Positions 1 to 10,270 of a stretch of 64,000 bases of DNA are shown piece after piece. Where the stretch lies: assembly GCA_041690135.1 (NCBI GenBank), contig JAWLHY010000007.1, positions 96,001 to 160,000 of the forward strand, given 5' to 3'. The translations under genes and the position numbers were made by a program. The notes under the pieces were generated by a model. It made no database searches. It worked only from the letters and a program-made list of their open reading frames with translations, and had not been told where the DNA came from. Origin of the DNA: Armatimonadota bacterium (GTDB lineage Bacteria; Armatimonadota; SYMT01). Position 1 is the first letter of the stretch. Each line of letters begins with the position of its first letter.

Positions 1-1067
1 TCAAGCGGGCCCTCATTCCGCCGTTGATGGCGGTGTTCGACTTCGGCGATACCACCCAGCCGCTGGAGCAGCGGGACGTAACCACCGTGGCGCCGCAGGC
101 GCTTGCCCTGCTGAACAACAGCTTCGTCCACGCGCAGAGCGCCGCGTTTGCGGAGCGGGTGGCCCGTCTCGCCGGAAACGACCCGGCCCGCCAGGTGGAG
201 CAGGCGTGGCGGCTGGCCTATGGACGCCCGCCCACTCCGGCCGAACGTACCGAGTCCATGGCCTATCTTCGCTCCCTCGCTACTGTGCCTGCCCGGCCGG
301 CAGCTTCGCCTAAACCAGTCACGGATGGGCTTCGACTGTGGCTACGCGCCGACCGCGGGGTGCGGACGGATCCCCAGGGCCGGGTCACCGCGTGGGAAGA
401 TCAGTCCGGAGCGACTTTCTCCGCCACGCAGGCTGCGGAAGCGGCACGTCCCCGTCTCGTATCCGGGGTGCTGGGCGGCCGGCCAGCCCTCCGCTTCGAT
501 GGAAAGGGCAATTTCCTGGAGATTCCAGGCCAGGTGCTGCGGTCCCAGCAGTTCACGGTTGTGGCCGTGGCGACCGATCGTACCCAGGGGCAGGGGCACC
601 GGGAGATCTTCTCGAACTGGCGCCGGGACACGAACGTGGGCACTTCCGTGTTCCTCGGCACAACCGGCGGGGGAGCGGTGCGGATGACCGACCACTTCGC
701 ACCGGCCGGGGTGGTGGACGATCCCGCCCGGCCGTTCATCCTGTCGGGCGTCGCCGCGAGTGACTACGCCGCCATCTACCAGAACCGTTCGCGGATCGCG
801 CGCAAGAGCGGGACGCTACCGTCGCGCAATCTGGCCGGGCCCTACGTGATCGGCCAGCAGGGGAACATCGGCGGGGAATACTGGGACGGAGAAATTGCCG
901 AACTCCAGGTCTTCGATCGGGCGCTGTCGGAAGAAGAACTGGCGACCGTTTGGGAAGACGTGGGACGCCGGTACGGGATTGCGGCCCCTCCCAGCCCGCA
1001 GCGCCAGGCATTGATCTCCCTCTGCCACACGCTATTCAACACGAATGAGTTTCTTTACGTGGACTAG
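1..1067 (+). CDS. DUF1553-family protein, C-terminal part (5' end outside window), with an inserted LamG/concanavalin-like domain
   Basis: DUF1553 motifs 'FDFGD..TTVAPQALALLN' and C-terminal 'LCHTLFNTNEFLYVD'. The inserted 'GLRLWLRADRGV...VTAWEDQSG...YWDGEIAELQVFDRALS' is LamG-like. DUF1501 gene follows. Confidence 0.85.
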   Translation, partial: KRALIPPLMAVFDFGDTTQPLEQRDVTTVAPQALALLNNSFVHAQSAAFAERVARLAGNDPARQVEQAWRLAYGRPPTPAERTESMAYLRSLATVPARPAASPKPVTDGLRLWLRADRGVRTDPQGRVTAWEDQSGATFSATQAAEAARPRLVSGVLGGRPALRFDGKGNFLEIPGQVLRSQQFTVVAVATDRTQGQGHREIFSNWRRDTNVGTSVFLGTTGGGAVRMTDHFAPAGVVDDPARPFILSGVAASDYAAIYQNRSRIARKSGTLPSRNLAGPYVIGQQGNIGGEYWDGEIAELQVFDRALSEEELATVWEDVGRRYGIAAPPSPQRQALISLCHTLFNTNEFLYVD

Positions 1068-1075
1068 GTAAAGCA

Positions 1076-2581
1076 ATGGATGAGAACCACCACGAGATCC
1101 AGCCTATCCTGTTCCCTTGCAACCGCACACGACGGGAGTTTATCTGGGAGATGGGGAACGGCGCGGTGGGGCTGGCGCTGATGGGTCTCCTTTCCGCCGA
1201 CGGCTTCTTCGCGCGCAATGCCTTCGCGGCCACTGGAGACAAACCAGGCTCCACAGTCCCAACGCCCAATGCCCAAAGCCTGACGCCCTCCGCCCCTCGC
1301 CCCCACTTTCCGATGCCCGCGAAGAGCTGTATCTTTCTCACGATGAATGGTGCGCCCAGCCACATAGACACATTCGATTACAAACCCGCCCTGGAAAAGT
1401 ACGCCGGTCAGGAGTTGCCCCCCAGCTTCTCCTACACCAACTCCGGTGGGCGCAAAAAGGGTTTCCTCACCCCCGCCTGGCGACCGTTCCGCCCCGGGGG
1501 CAAGAGTGGTCTCCTGGTGAGCGACTACTTCCCGCGCGTGCGGGAGCATGCCGACAAGCTGGCGGTCATCAAATCGTGCCACACCGACAGCCACGCGCAC
1601 GGCTCGGCGCTGGTGGCCATGAACACCGGCAGCGTGTTCATCGGCCGCCCGTCGCTCGGGAGTTGGGTCGTGTATGGATTGGGATCGGTCAACCAGAACC
1701 TGCCCGGCTACGTGTGTATCCTGGACAAGCGCGGCGGTCCGATCAGCGGTCAGCCGAACTGGAGCTCCGGTTTCATGCCGGCGAACTACCAGGGGACCCT
1801 CTTCCGTCCCACCGGGGATCCCGTTCTCGACCTGCGCGGGCCGGTGGAGCGGGGCACCCAGCGCCAGCAGCTCGACTTCCTGGCGCGGCTGAACCAGCAG
1901 CACCTGGACCGGCGCCCCGGCGGCCAGGAGCTGGCGGCCCGGATCCAGAGCTACGAACTGGCCTACCGAATGCAGGCCGAGGTCCCGGACGCGGTGGACC
2001 TATCGAAGGAGGATCCCCGCACGCTGGAGCTGTACGGCGTGGGGAAGGAGCCGACGCACGAGTTCGGCCGCAATGCCCTGATCGCCCGGCGGCTGGTGGA
2101 GCGGGGTGTCCGGTTCGTCCAGCTTTACTCCGGCGGCGGGCATCTCGAAGAGACGTGGGACGCGCACGAGAGTGTCGAGAAGAACCATGGCCGCCACGGC
2201 GCGGAGGTGGATCAGCCGATCGCGGCGCTGCTCACTGACCTGGAACGCAGGGGGCTGCTGGAGAGTACGCTCGTGGTGTGGGGTGGGGAATTCGGCCGGA
2301 TGCCGTTCTCCGAAGGCCCCGGAGCGCCGGGTCGCAATCACAACCCCTACGGCTTCTGCGCGTGGATGGCGGGCGCGGGCGTCCGGGGCGGGACTACCTA
2401 TGGCGAGACGGACGAGTTCGGGTTCGCTGCCGCCGTGGACAAGGTCCACATGCACGACCTGCATGCCACCATCCTTCACCTGATGGGCCTCGATCACGAG
2501 CAGCTCACCTACTTCCACCAGGGTCGCGAGGAGAGCCTGACGGACGTTCACGGGCGTGTCATCAAGGAGATCCTCAGGTAA
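1076..2581 (+). CDS. DUF1501 family protein (alkaline phosphatase/sulfatase-like), Tat-like signal
   Basis: 'TRREF' twin-Arg leader; 'GAPSHIDTFDYKP', 'WGGEFGRMP', 'GRNHNP', 'HDLHATILHLMG'. Confidence 0.93.
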   Translation: MDENHHEIQPILFPCNRTRREFIWEMGNGAVGLALMGLLSADGFFARNAFAATGDKPGSTVPTPNAQSLTPSAPRPHFPMPAKSCIFLTMNGAPSHIDTFDYKPALEKYAGQELPPSFSYTNSGGRKKGFLTPAWRPFRPGGKSGLLVSDYFPRVREHADKLAVIKSCHTDSHAHGSALVAMNTGSVFIGRPSLGSWVVYGLGSVNQNLPGYVCILDKRGGPISGQPNWSSGFMPANYQGTLFRPTGDPVLDLRGPVERGTQRQQLDFLARLNQQHLDRRPGGQELAARIQSYELAYRMQAEVPDAVDLSKEDPRTLELYGVGKEPTHEFGRNALIARRLVERGVRFVQLYSGGGHLEETWDAHESVEKNHGRHGAEVDQPIAALLTDLERRGLLESTLVVWGGEFGRMPFSEGPGAPGRNHNPYGFCAWMAGAGVRGGTTYGETDEFGFAAAVDKVHMHDLHATILHLMGLDHEQLTYFHQGREESLTDVHGRVIKEILR

Positions 2582-2699
2582 TTTGATGGCCGCCCCGATG
2601 CGTCACCCTAGGATCAAGCGGGATGGGTTAAAGTAGTAAGTGTATTCCCACCCGCGTTCCGCCCATCTGTCCAATTCAGGCCGTTTCACGGTGGTTTTC

Positions 2700-5600
2700 A
2701 TGCAGCCTCGTCGCCTCCTCGCTGGTTTCCTCGTCCTCTGCGCCGCCGCGGTGACCGCCTCCGCTGGAGCTGTCCCGAAGGCCCCGGAAGGGATGGTCCT
2801 GGTCCCCGCCGGACCGTTCACCATGGGAACGGACCAGGGCGCCCCTTACGAGGCTCCGGCCCACCGGGTGGAATTGCCCGCCTTCTTCATCGACCGGACC
2901 GAAGTCACCGTAGCGCAGTACGCCCGCTTTGTGGAGGCTACCGGTCACCCTGCTCCGCCCGACTGGCCCGGGGGCAAGGCCGACCCGAAGCGCCTTCAGT
3001 ATCCGGTGGTGAACGTTTCCTGGTACGACGCCAACGCCTACGCGCGCTGGGCCGGCAAGCGGTTGCCCACGGAAAAGGAGTGGGAGAAGGCCGCGCGCGG
3101 GGCAGACGGACGCCCGTTGCCGTGGGGCGCGGAGTGGGACGAGGAGCGGGCGAATGTCGAGGGGAAAGACGGCGATCGCCCACTCCAACCGGTTGGCAGT
3201 TATTCGGCTGGGGCCAGCCCGTGCGGCGCCCTAGACCTGGTCGGCAACGCCTGGGAATGGACATCCGATTGGTTCGAAGCCTATCCCGGCAACCCGGTTC
3301 CTTCGGTCCACTTTGGCCGGAAATACCGGGTCGTCCGTGGCCTGGGAAGCATCAATTTCTACAACAGCCCGCCGCTTACCCAGCAGAATGCTGCCGCCCG
3401 GGCACGGGTCCAACCGTTCGGGCGGTACGATAGCCTCGGGTTCCGCTGTGTGGTGGACGGCGACGGCAAGGTGAAACACCCGCCCACGGAGGTGCAACCC
3501 CCATCCCGCCGGGAGAAGCCGGTCCCACCCCGGATCGAGACCCCGGCCGAGGTCGCGGCCCGGTATGCTATCGGAGTACCGGTGGTGATCCGCGAGACGG
3601 CGGGAATGGACCGCCACGGTGTGGCCACCTTTGGTCTACCTTTCCCGGAAGGAGTGGTCCGGAGCGTGTCCGCAATCCGGACCGGTACGCCCGTGCAGGC
3701 GCGCCCGCTGGCAAAGTGGCGCGACGGGAGTATCCGTTGGGCTCTGCTGGATGTTCCGGTCGCCGTGAAGAAGGACCGCCCACAGCGCGCGGTTGTGCGC
3801 TGGGACGGGCGGGGGGAGATTCCCGAGCCGGCTCGGCGGGTGAGCCTCCAGGTGGAGGGCCTCGCGGAATCGCCGGAGGGGGTGAGAATCGACACGGGGG
3901 CGGTGGCCCTCCGGATCCGGAAAGGGGACGCACATTGGCTGCGCCTTCTGCAGGGGAGCCGTTGGCTCGAAGGGCCCGAGGACCGGATCAGCGCCACGGA
4001 GGAGAAGGGCGAGGCCGTGGCCCTGCGGATGCGCGGTCCCGAGAAGATCACGGTGGAAGATTCCGGACCGCTGCGGGCGCGAGTGCGGGTGGAAGGCTGG
4101 TTGGAGGATGACCGCCAGCAACCCGTAATCCGGTACCGCTGTCGCCTGGACGCGCGCGCGGGGTCGCCGCACGTGGGCCTGGTCCACACCTTCACGCATC
4201 TCAGTCCCCGGAAGATGCTGCTCATCCGTGACTACGCGCTCCACTTCCGGCACTCTGCCGCGAGCGAGCCCGCAGCGCCGGTCATCTTTGGAGGCGATGC
4301 CGCGCCGCACGCCGTCCGGAGCGGCGCTTGTCTGGAACAGACCACCGATGCTGCTTACCGGGTGCAAATTGCCGGCAGAAAAGTCGCGGAGGGCACGCGG
4401 GCTCCCGGCTGGATGGCGTTGGGGCCCGAGCCATCGTTCCTGATCGGCGTGAAGCACTTCTGGCAGCAGTTCCCCAAGGCGCTGGCGGCGGACCGAAATG
4501 GGGCGACGGTGCACGTCTGGACCGGCAAAGAAGCCTTCGAAGCGGACCAGGGCCTCTCCAAGACGCACGAACTGGTGCTTTCCCTGGATGCGGGCGGGCC
4601 GGGCCGCGCGGAAGCCCTGGCGCAGTTGAACGAGCCGTTCTTTGGGATCGCGCCGGCCGACTGGTACTGCGCGACCCGGGGCCTGGGAGTGCTGGCGCCC
4701 TTCAGCCTCTCGAAGTACCCGCAGTATGAAGTGGAGTTGGAAGCGGCCGCCGACCTGATGGTGCGGGATCGTCCCTATGGCATGCGCCACTTCGGGGACA
4801 ACTACTTCGGCGGCCCTTACAAGGGCATCAATGCTTACCAGAACCTGGAGTACGACGTCGCCTACAATCACCTGATGCAGTTCGCCCGCACCGGCGCGCG
4901 CAAATACCTGGACACGGCGCTAATCCAGGCCCGCCATCAGGGCGACATCGATATGAAGCACGACCAGGGGCCGCAGTGGAAGCACAGCCCCCGGCACACC
5001 ACCACCGAGGCGGAGTTGGGCCACGTATTCCTGCGCGGTTTGGTGGCTTCCACCTGGTTGACCGGCGATCCCGAGGGTCTGGAGAATGCGCGCATTCTGG
5101 GCGACTGGCTCATCAAGGTCGTGGCCAATCCCCGTTCGCAGGGCAACGAGCGCCAGATCGGCTGGAGCCTCTACGCGCTCACCGGCATCTACGAAGCGAC
5201 CTGGGACGACCGCTACCTTCAGGCGATGAAGGCGAATGTCGACCGGCTCCTGGCCGGGCAGGATTCCCTGGGCCGGTTTGCGATCCGCTGGGACAACCGG
5301 ATCAGCTTCTTCTATGGCATCACCCTTTCGGGATTCGTGAAGTACTTCGAGGTGACAGGCGACCCGCGGATCGAGGAGAGCATCCGGCGGATCGTCACGC
5401 GCATCCACGGCTTCTATCCCGAATACGGCGGGCGCACGCTGGAAGGACTGGCCTGGCTTTATTCCCGAACCGGGGACCCGGAAGTCCGAGATACCTGCCG
5501 GCGCACTTGGGAGAGCACCCTGGACTGGCGCGCTCTCGACATCGGCGGCACCAGCATTTTCACCACCCGGTTCTTGCCCTATGTCGAGATGATGGGATTG

Positions 5601-6326
5601 GCCTGCCCGAAGGAGTGGCAGATCCCCGATACCGGCCCGGTGGAAGATGGCCTGACCCGCCACTACTTCCGCGCGTCGGCCGGTACGCTCATCCTTCAGG
5701 CCCGGGAGTCCGGACAACCGGTGGAATTGGTCATCCTCCGGCACGTCGGGCAAGACCCGGCAACAGTCGAAGTGACGTCGTTGGCCCCGAGCAAGAAGGG
5801 GAACCGTGGGATCCCCTTCCAACGGCATGTCCTACCCGCAAGTGGAGAGTCCCTATCGTACCTCAAATTGCGCCTGCCTCCGGGCGGTCCGTACCGCGTT
5901 CGTTTGCAGAGCGAGAAGAGCCGGGGCTGGACCCTCCTCACGTCGCGTCCTACCCGGCGCGTGTGGCATGTGCCGGACTGGAGGCATCTGGAGGCGCTGA
6001 CACCCCGTCTCTATTTCCGGCCAGAGCCCGGCGCTGAGGAAGTCCGGCTGGTGCTGGCGGGGGAGAAAGAGGGTTTCAAGGGAGCCGTCATCTACGACCC
6101 CCAGGGGCGGGTGGCCGGGGTGCTTTCGAGATTCATCGACTACGGCGATGACAAGCGCCACACCTACGAGTTTCGGGTCCCGCTTTCCGGCCGGGAGATG
6201 GGGGACACCGGTCGCGGCACGGGGCTGTGGAGCCTCGATCTCCAGCAAGTCTCCGTATCCCGGGCCGAAGGCATGCTCTCCTACGTGAGCACGCACCCCG
6301 CGGCTTTCTTCCTTCCTCGTCCGTGA
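2700..6326 (+). CDS. Secreted fusion: FGE-sulfatase (SUMF1/PvdO-like) domain plus probable exo-rhamnogalacturonan-lyase/YetA-like region
   Basis: Signal peptide from ATG 2700. FGE motifs 'MVLVPAGPFTMG','IDRTEVT','RLPTEKEWEKAARG','GNAWEW','GFRC'. Then 'TFGLPFPEG..WRDGSIRWALLD','GPLRARVRVEG','FWQQFPKAL','YGMRHFGD'. Confidence 0.75.
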   Translation: MQPRRLLAGFLVLCAAAVTASAGAVPKAPEGMVLVPAGPFTMGTDQGAPYEAPAHRVELPAFFIDRTEVTVAQYARFVEATGHPAPPDWPGGKADPKRLQYPVVNVSWYDANAYARWAGKRLPTEKEWEKAARGADGRPLPWGAEWDEERANVEGKDGDRPLQPVGSYSAGASPCGALDLVGNAWEWTSDWFEAYPGNPVPSVHFGRKYRVVRGLGSINFYNSPPLTQQNAAARARVQPFGRYDSLGFRCVVDGDGKVKHPPTEVQPPSRREKPVPPRIETPAEVAARYAIGVPVVIRETAGMDRHGVATFGLPFPEGVVRSVSAIRTGTPVQARPLAKWRDGSIRWALLDVPVAVKKDRPQRAVVRWDGRGEIPEPARRVSLQVEGLAESPEGVRIDTGAVALRIRKGDAHWLRLLQGSRWLEGPEDRISATEEKGEAVALRMRGPEKITVEDSGPLRARVRVEGWLEDDRQQPVIRYRCRLDARAGSPHVGLVHTFTHLSPRKMLLIRDYALHFRHSAASEPAAPVIFGGDAAPHAVRSGACLEQTTDAAYRVQIAGRKVAEGTRAPGWMALGPEPSFLIGVKHFWQQFPKALAADRNGATVHVWTGKEAFEADQGLSKTHELVLSLDAGGPGRAEALAQLNEPFFGIAPADWYCATRGLGVLAPFSLSKYPQYEVELEAAADLMVRDRPYGMRHFGDNYFGGPYKGINAYQNLEYDVAYNHLMQFARTGARKYLDTALIQARHQGDIDMKHDQGPQWKHSPRHTTTEAELGHVFLRGLVASTWLTGDPEGLENARILGDWLIKVVANPRSQGNERQIGWSLYALTGIYEATWDDRYLQAMKANVDRLLAGQDSLGRFAIRWDNRISFFYGITLSGFVKYFEVTGDPRIEESIRRIVTRIHGFYPEYGGRTLEGLAWLYSRTGDPEVRDTCRRTWESTLDWRALDIGGTSIFTTRFLPYVEMMGLACPKEWQIPDTGPVEDGLTRHYFRASAGTLILQARESGQPVELVILRHVGQDPATVEVTSLAPSKKGNRGIPFQRHVLPASGESLSYLKLRLPPGGPYRVRLQSEKSRGWTLLTSRPTRRVWHVPDWRHLEALTPRLYFRPEPGAEEVRLVLAGEKEGFKGAVIYDPQGRVAGVLSRFIDYGDDKRHTYEFRVPLSGREMGDTGRGTGLWSLDLQQVSVSRAEGMLSYVSTHPAAFFLPRP

Positions 6327-6511
6327 TCCAGTCACTCTAATACTACAGCCGTAGCTCACTGTGCGGGGTGGTTGGGTGGGGTAATTCCAGTCGGCGAAGG
6401 TTTACACCCGGGCCGGGCACCCTTCGGGTGGCGCTTGCGGGTGTGGGTGCCGACTTCGAGCCTTTCCAGCTTGCGACTTTGAGCCGCCTGACTGCGAGTG
6501 CGGCTGTAGTA

Positions 6512-8056
6512 TTACACCGGCTGCGTCTCGCCGGCAGTGGGAGCAGGGGAGGGCGCCGCGGGCAGCGCGACCGTGACCGTGGTTCCCACTCCCACCTCGC
6601 TCTCGACGGTTAGCGTACCGTGATGAGCCTGGACGATGGACTGACAGATTGCCAGGCCCAGGCCGGTGCCGCCGCTGCCCCGGCTCCGCGCCGCGTCCAC
6701 CCGGTAGAACCGCTCGCACACGTAAGGTAGGTGTTCGGGCGGGATTCCCTCTCCGGTATCTCGCACGGTAAGGCTGACGCGACCGTTGCCATCGGAAGCG
6801 GCGATTGTAATTTCCCCGTCCGAAGGGGTGTGCCGGCGCGCGTTCATCAGGAGGTTCACCAGCACCCGCCGCAACTGTCCCGCGTCCGCCTGTACGCGAG
6901 TAAGGCCCTGGGAAACCTCCACCCGGATTGGGGCGCCGTCGCCGGGAAGCTCCGCGACCGCCGCTTCCACCAGGTCCGGCAGAGAAGTGGCCCGCAGGGA
7001 AGCGTTGAGCTGACCGCTGTCCGCCCGCGCGAGCAGGAGGAGGTCCTGCACGATCTCGTTCATCGCGTCGGCAGCCTTGTTGATGATGCGGAGCGAGTTC
7101 TGGTACTCCTCGGGCGTGCGCACGCGGGAGAGGGCCAAACTCGCGCTCCCTTTGATGCGGGTGAGGGGGGTTCGCAGCTCGTGCGAGGCATCGCCCGTAA
7201 AGCGCCGCTGCTGTTCATAGGCCGCTTCGAGTTGGGAATAGGCGCTCTCGAGACTGCCGAACGCCTCTTCCAGGCGTCCGATCATCCCATTGAAGGTGCG
7301 GGCCAGCTCCGCCAGCTCATCCTTCCCGCGCACCTCCAGCCGCCGGGAGAGGTCTTCCGCGTTGATCTGGGCGGCAGCCAGGGTGACGTCCCGCACCGGC
7401 CGCAGCGCCCGGTGCGTGAGAAAAACTCCTCCGAGCCCGGCTACGATTAGAGCGACCGGAATCAGCGCCAGCGGGAAGCGAATCAGCCCTGCCGTCAATC
7501 GCTCGTGCTCACCCAGGGCATGGGCCACCTGCACCACACCCTCGATCTCACCCGTTTCCGGAGTTTCGCCCCCTCGCCACAGTGGCATGGAGAGCACCCG
7601 CAGCGTCTCGTTCTCCACCGTAATCTTCGAGAACACCTTCTGGCCGCCGAGCGAGATCAGGAAGGTGTCCGGATCCCACGGCACGTCCCCGGAGAACGGA
7701 ACCAGGGCCTCGCCATCCGTGCTGAGTAGTCGGGGACGCCGGAAATAGCCGCGGCGGTCGGCCTGGGTAGTGCCGAGGGGCCCCGAAGACCTCTCGGAGC
7801 GACGTTCGGCCTCATCACCGCGGTCGATGAAGGGAGCCCACCACCGGTTCGGCGTGCCCGTGGAGGTGGGATATGCCTCATAGCGCGAGTACCACCGTGC
7901 CACGCGGGCCGCGCGCCCCTCCAGCTCGCTGTCCACCTCCGCCGCCAGCATGCGCGGGATGGTGAAGGTCAATACGAGCGCATAGCCCGCCAGGACCAGC
8001 GCCAGGACGGACACGTTCCAGAGGGTAAGCCGCAGGCGGACGGAATTCCAGCGCAT
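6512..8056 (-). CDS. Sensor histidine kinase (2 TM, HAMP, HisKA, HATPase_c)
   Basis: H-box 'DASHELRTPL', N-box 'NLLMNARRH', G1 'DTGEGIP', G2 'GGTGLGLAI'. Confidence 0.95.
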   Translation of the reverse strand: MRWNSVRLRLTLWNVSVLALVLAGYALVLTFTIPRMLAAEVDSELEGRAARVARWYSRYEAYPTSTGTPNRWWAPFIDRGDEAERRSERSSGPLGTTQADRRGYFRRPRLLSTDGEALVPFSGDVPWDPDTFLISLGGQKVFSKITVENETLRVLSMPLWRGGETPETGEIEGVVQVAHALGEHERLTAGLIRFPLALIPVALIVAGLGGVFLTHRALRPVRDVTLAAAQINAEDLSRRLEVRGKDELAELARTFNGMIGRLEEAFGSLESAYSQLEAAYEQQRRFTGDASHELRTPLTRIKGSASLALSRVRTPEEYQNSLRIINKAADAMNEIVQDLLLLARADSGQLNASLRATSLPDLVEAAVAELPGDGAPIRVEVSQGLTRVQADAGQLRRVLVNLLMNARRHTPSDGEITIAASDGNGRVSLTVRDTGEGIPPEHLPYVCERFYRVDAARSRGSGGTGLGLAICQSIVQAHHGTLTVESEVGVGTTVTVALPAAPSPAPTAGETQPV

Positions 8057-8739
8057 CAGGCCTCCTCCGAATCCGGACCGCGAAGCATGTAACCCACGCC
8101 GTGGACCGTCTGGATCAACTTTACGGGGTGCTGGGAGTCGATCTTGCGGCGCAGAAAGGTGATGTGCACGTCCACGGTGTTCGAATAGCTCTCGTCATCC
8201 ATCCAGACCCGCTCCAGCACCTCCGCGCGGCTGAGCGGCCGGCCTTCGTTCGCCGCCAGCGCTTCCAGAAGCTGGTACTCGCGCGGCGTCAGGTGGACAT
8301 CCTGCCCTGCCCGACGCACGAGGCTCGTGGAGGTATCGATCTCCAGGTCGGCGATGCGGATGGTTCGGGCCTTATGCACGCGGTCCCGCCGGAGCAGCGC
8401 CCGGACGCGGGCGATCAGCTCCGTGAAGTCGAACGGCTTCGGCAGGTAGTCGTCCGCCCCGGTCTCCAGGCCTTTCACCCGGTCGGTCACCGCGTCGCGC
8501 GCGGTGAGCATAAGGATCGGGAATGTCTTGCGACGCTGTCGCAGCATCTCGCAAACGCTCCAGCCGTCCCGTCGGGGCAGCATGAGGTCGAGAATTACGA
8601 GCGAGTAATCGCCCTCCAGCGCCATCCGCAGCCCCGTCTCTCCGTCTTCCGCGTGGTCGACCCGGTATCGCGCCTCTTCCAGGCCCGCCTGAACGAGCTC
8701 CGCGATCGTCTCATCGTCTTCGATTAACAGGATCCGCAT
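8056..8739 (-). CDS. OmpR-family response regulator
   Basis: 'MRILLIEDD','LDLMLP','GADDYLPKPF', winged-helix end 'IQTVHGVGY'. Stop overlaps the kinase start. Confidence 0.96.
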   Translation of the reverse strand: MRILLIEDDETIAELVQAGLEEARYRVDHAEDGETGLRMALEGDYSLVILDLMLPRRDGWSVCEMLRQRRKTFPILMLTARDAVTDRVKGLETGADDYLPKPFDFTELIARVRALLRRDRVHKARTIRIADLEIDTSTSLVRRAGQDVHLTPREYQLLEALAANEGRPLSRAEVLERVWMDDESYSNTVDVHITFLRRKIDSQHPVKLIQTVHGVGYMLRGPDSEEA

Positions 8740-8801
8740 GGGCTTAATGACTTCTTAATCACCGCTCGCTACCTTTATGCTCAGACGTTTACTCCGCGCG
8801 C

Positions 8802-9506
8802 ATGTCCGCTCGATCCGTTCCAGGAGGCAGAGAGATGCAGGTCCAGACTCACTCCGTTTCTACTCACGCCCAGCCGTTCCCGTTCCCCGTCGAGGAAACT
8901 GGCCGCCCTATGCGCAGCGTGAGTGAGGGGTTGAGGTCGGGCGAAACGCTTCCCGATGAAGAAGCCGCTTTCTCCTCCCTGTTCTTCCGCCACCGCGACG
9001 ACCTGCAGCGGTACCTGTACCGGAAACTCGGCAGCCTGGAAGAGGCCGAGGACGCCGTTTCCCTCACCTTCTGCAACGCCTGGCGCGCGCGGGCTTCTTT
9101 CCGGGGTCAGGCCTCCTGCAAGACCTGGCTCTACCAGATTGCCACCCGGGTTGCCCTCGACACGATGCGCCGCCGCCGTCGTCGCCCTGTGGAGCAGGAT
9201 CTCGAAGACCCCGAAGCCGATCTGGCCCAGGTCCCGGACGATGAAACTTACGAGCCGGAGCGCGTGCTTCTGGATGCCGAGCATGCCGAGCTCACCCGCG
9301 AGGCCGTGAACGCCGCCATCGACCGCCTCTCCCCGGAAGCCCGGAGGCTGGTGCGTCTCTACTACTTCGACGGCTACAACTACGACCAGATCAGCTCCGA
9401 GCTGGGCATCTCCTACGGCAAAATCCGCGGCCGCCTGCACCTCATCCGCGAGCGCCTTCGCCGCGACATGCAGCAGCGCCAGTGCTGGGGCCAGATCGAG
9501 GCGTGA
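8802..9506 (+). CDS. ECF sigma-70 factor (start uncertain)
   Basis: Region 2 'AEDAVSLTF..FRGQASCKTWLYQIATR'; region 4 'LSPEARRLVRLYYFDGYNYDQISSELG'. Confidence 0.88.
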   Translation: MSARSVPGGREMQVQTHSVSTHAQPFPFPVEETGRPMRSVSEGLRSGETLPDEEAAFSSLFFRHRDDLQRYLYRKLGSLEEAEDAVSLTFCNAWRARASFRGQASCKTWLYQIATRVALDTMRRRRRRPVEQDLEDPEADLAQVPDDETYEPERVLLDAEHAELTREAVNAAIDRLSPEARRLVRLYYFDGYNYDQISSELGISYGKIRGRLHLIRERLRRDMQQRQCWGQIEA

Positions 9507-9971
9507 AGCTTGTCCCGGAGTACGCCGCCGGTCGTGCCGGTTGGGAGAAGTGGACGAGGGTCAGCTACCTCGTGCGGGCAGGGGCGTGATGCGTAATGCG
9601 TAAAACGTGAGGCATCCGCACACCGGCGTAGTTGAAGCGCCGCAGGCTGCCGCACGCAAAGTGGTATTAGGGGGAGGTCAGGCGAGTTGCCCGGCCTCTT
9701 CTCGTTTTTTGGGGGAAGGGCAGCTACTCGCGTCGTCGGCGGCTAGGCCGGCTGTCGTACCCTACATCGCAAGGTCGCAGAATTCATTCGACGCTTAGCC
9801 AAGCGGCACCCATTCCTGATGCTTGCCGGAGTCCCGCTGCGAGGCGGGCCTTCGCGACTTGGCGGCCGCGTCCCGTCGCGGTCACCCCTGGAACCGTGCG
9901 GGTTCGAGCCGTCATCGCGCTCCAGGGTCAGGCACCCCATCGCGCTGACTCGCCAATCCACGATACCAGGC

Positions 9972-10030
9972 TCCCCCTCTCCCGCAAGCGCAGGCGAGGG
10001 GGAGCCCGAGGGGGTGGGGTAGGGGGTGAG
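9972..10030. repeat. REP-like imperfect palindrome (CCCCCTCTCCC...GAGGGGG)
   Basis: 'ctccccctctcccgcaagcgcaggcgagggggag' in a long intergenic region between convergent genes. Confidence 0.45.
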
Positions 10031-10270
10031 GGCGCTCTGGTCACCGCACCTGCCAATGGCAACGCTCCGGAAATCCAAAGGAATGCGCCACCGCCGGAGA
10101 TCAATCCCATCGAGTGGCCCAATGCTGGTGATGCAAACAGAAGGGCCAGCAGCTCGCTCAGGGCGCCCGGCGGTTCGGGTTACGCAATACGAACTACGCC
10201 CGTGTCCGAGGTAGTCCCCTTGCTTTCGCACCTACCTCGCACGAAGGCATTACGCATTACGCAATGCGCA

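Noticed and set aside
9507-10270. Coding genes or a riboswitch in this intergenic region
   Set aside because: ORFs lack motifs and overlap in many frames; only repeat-like palindromes are recognisable.
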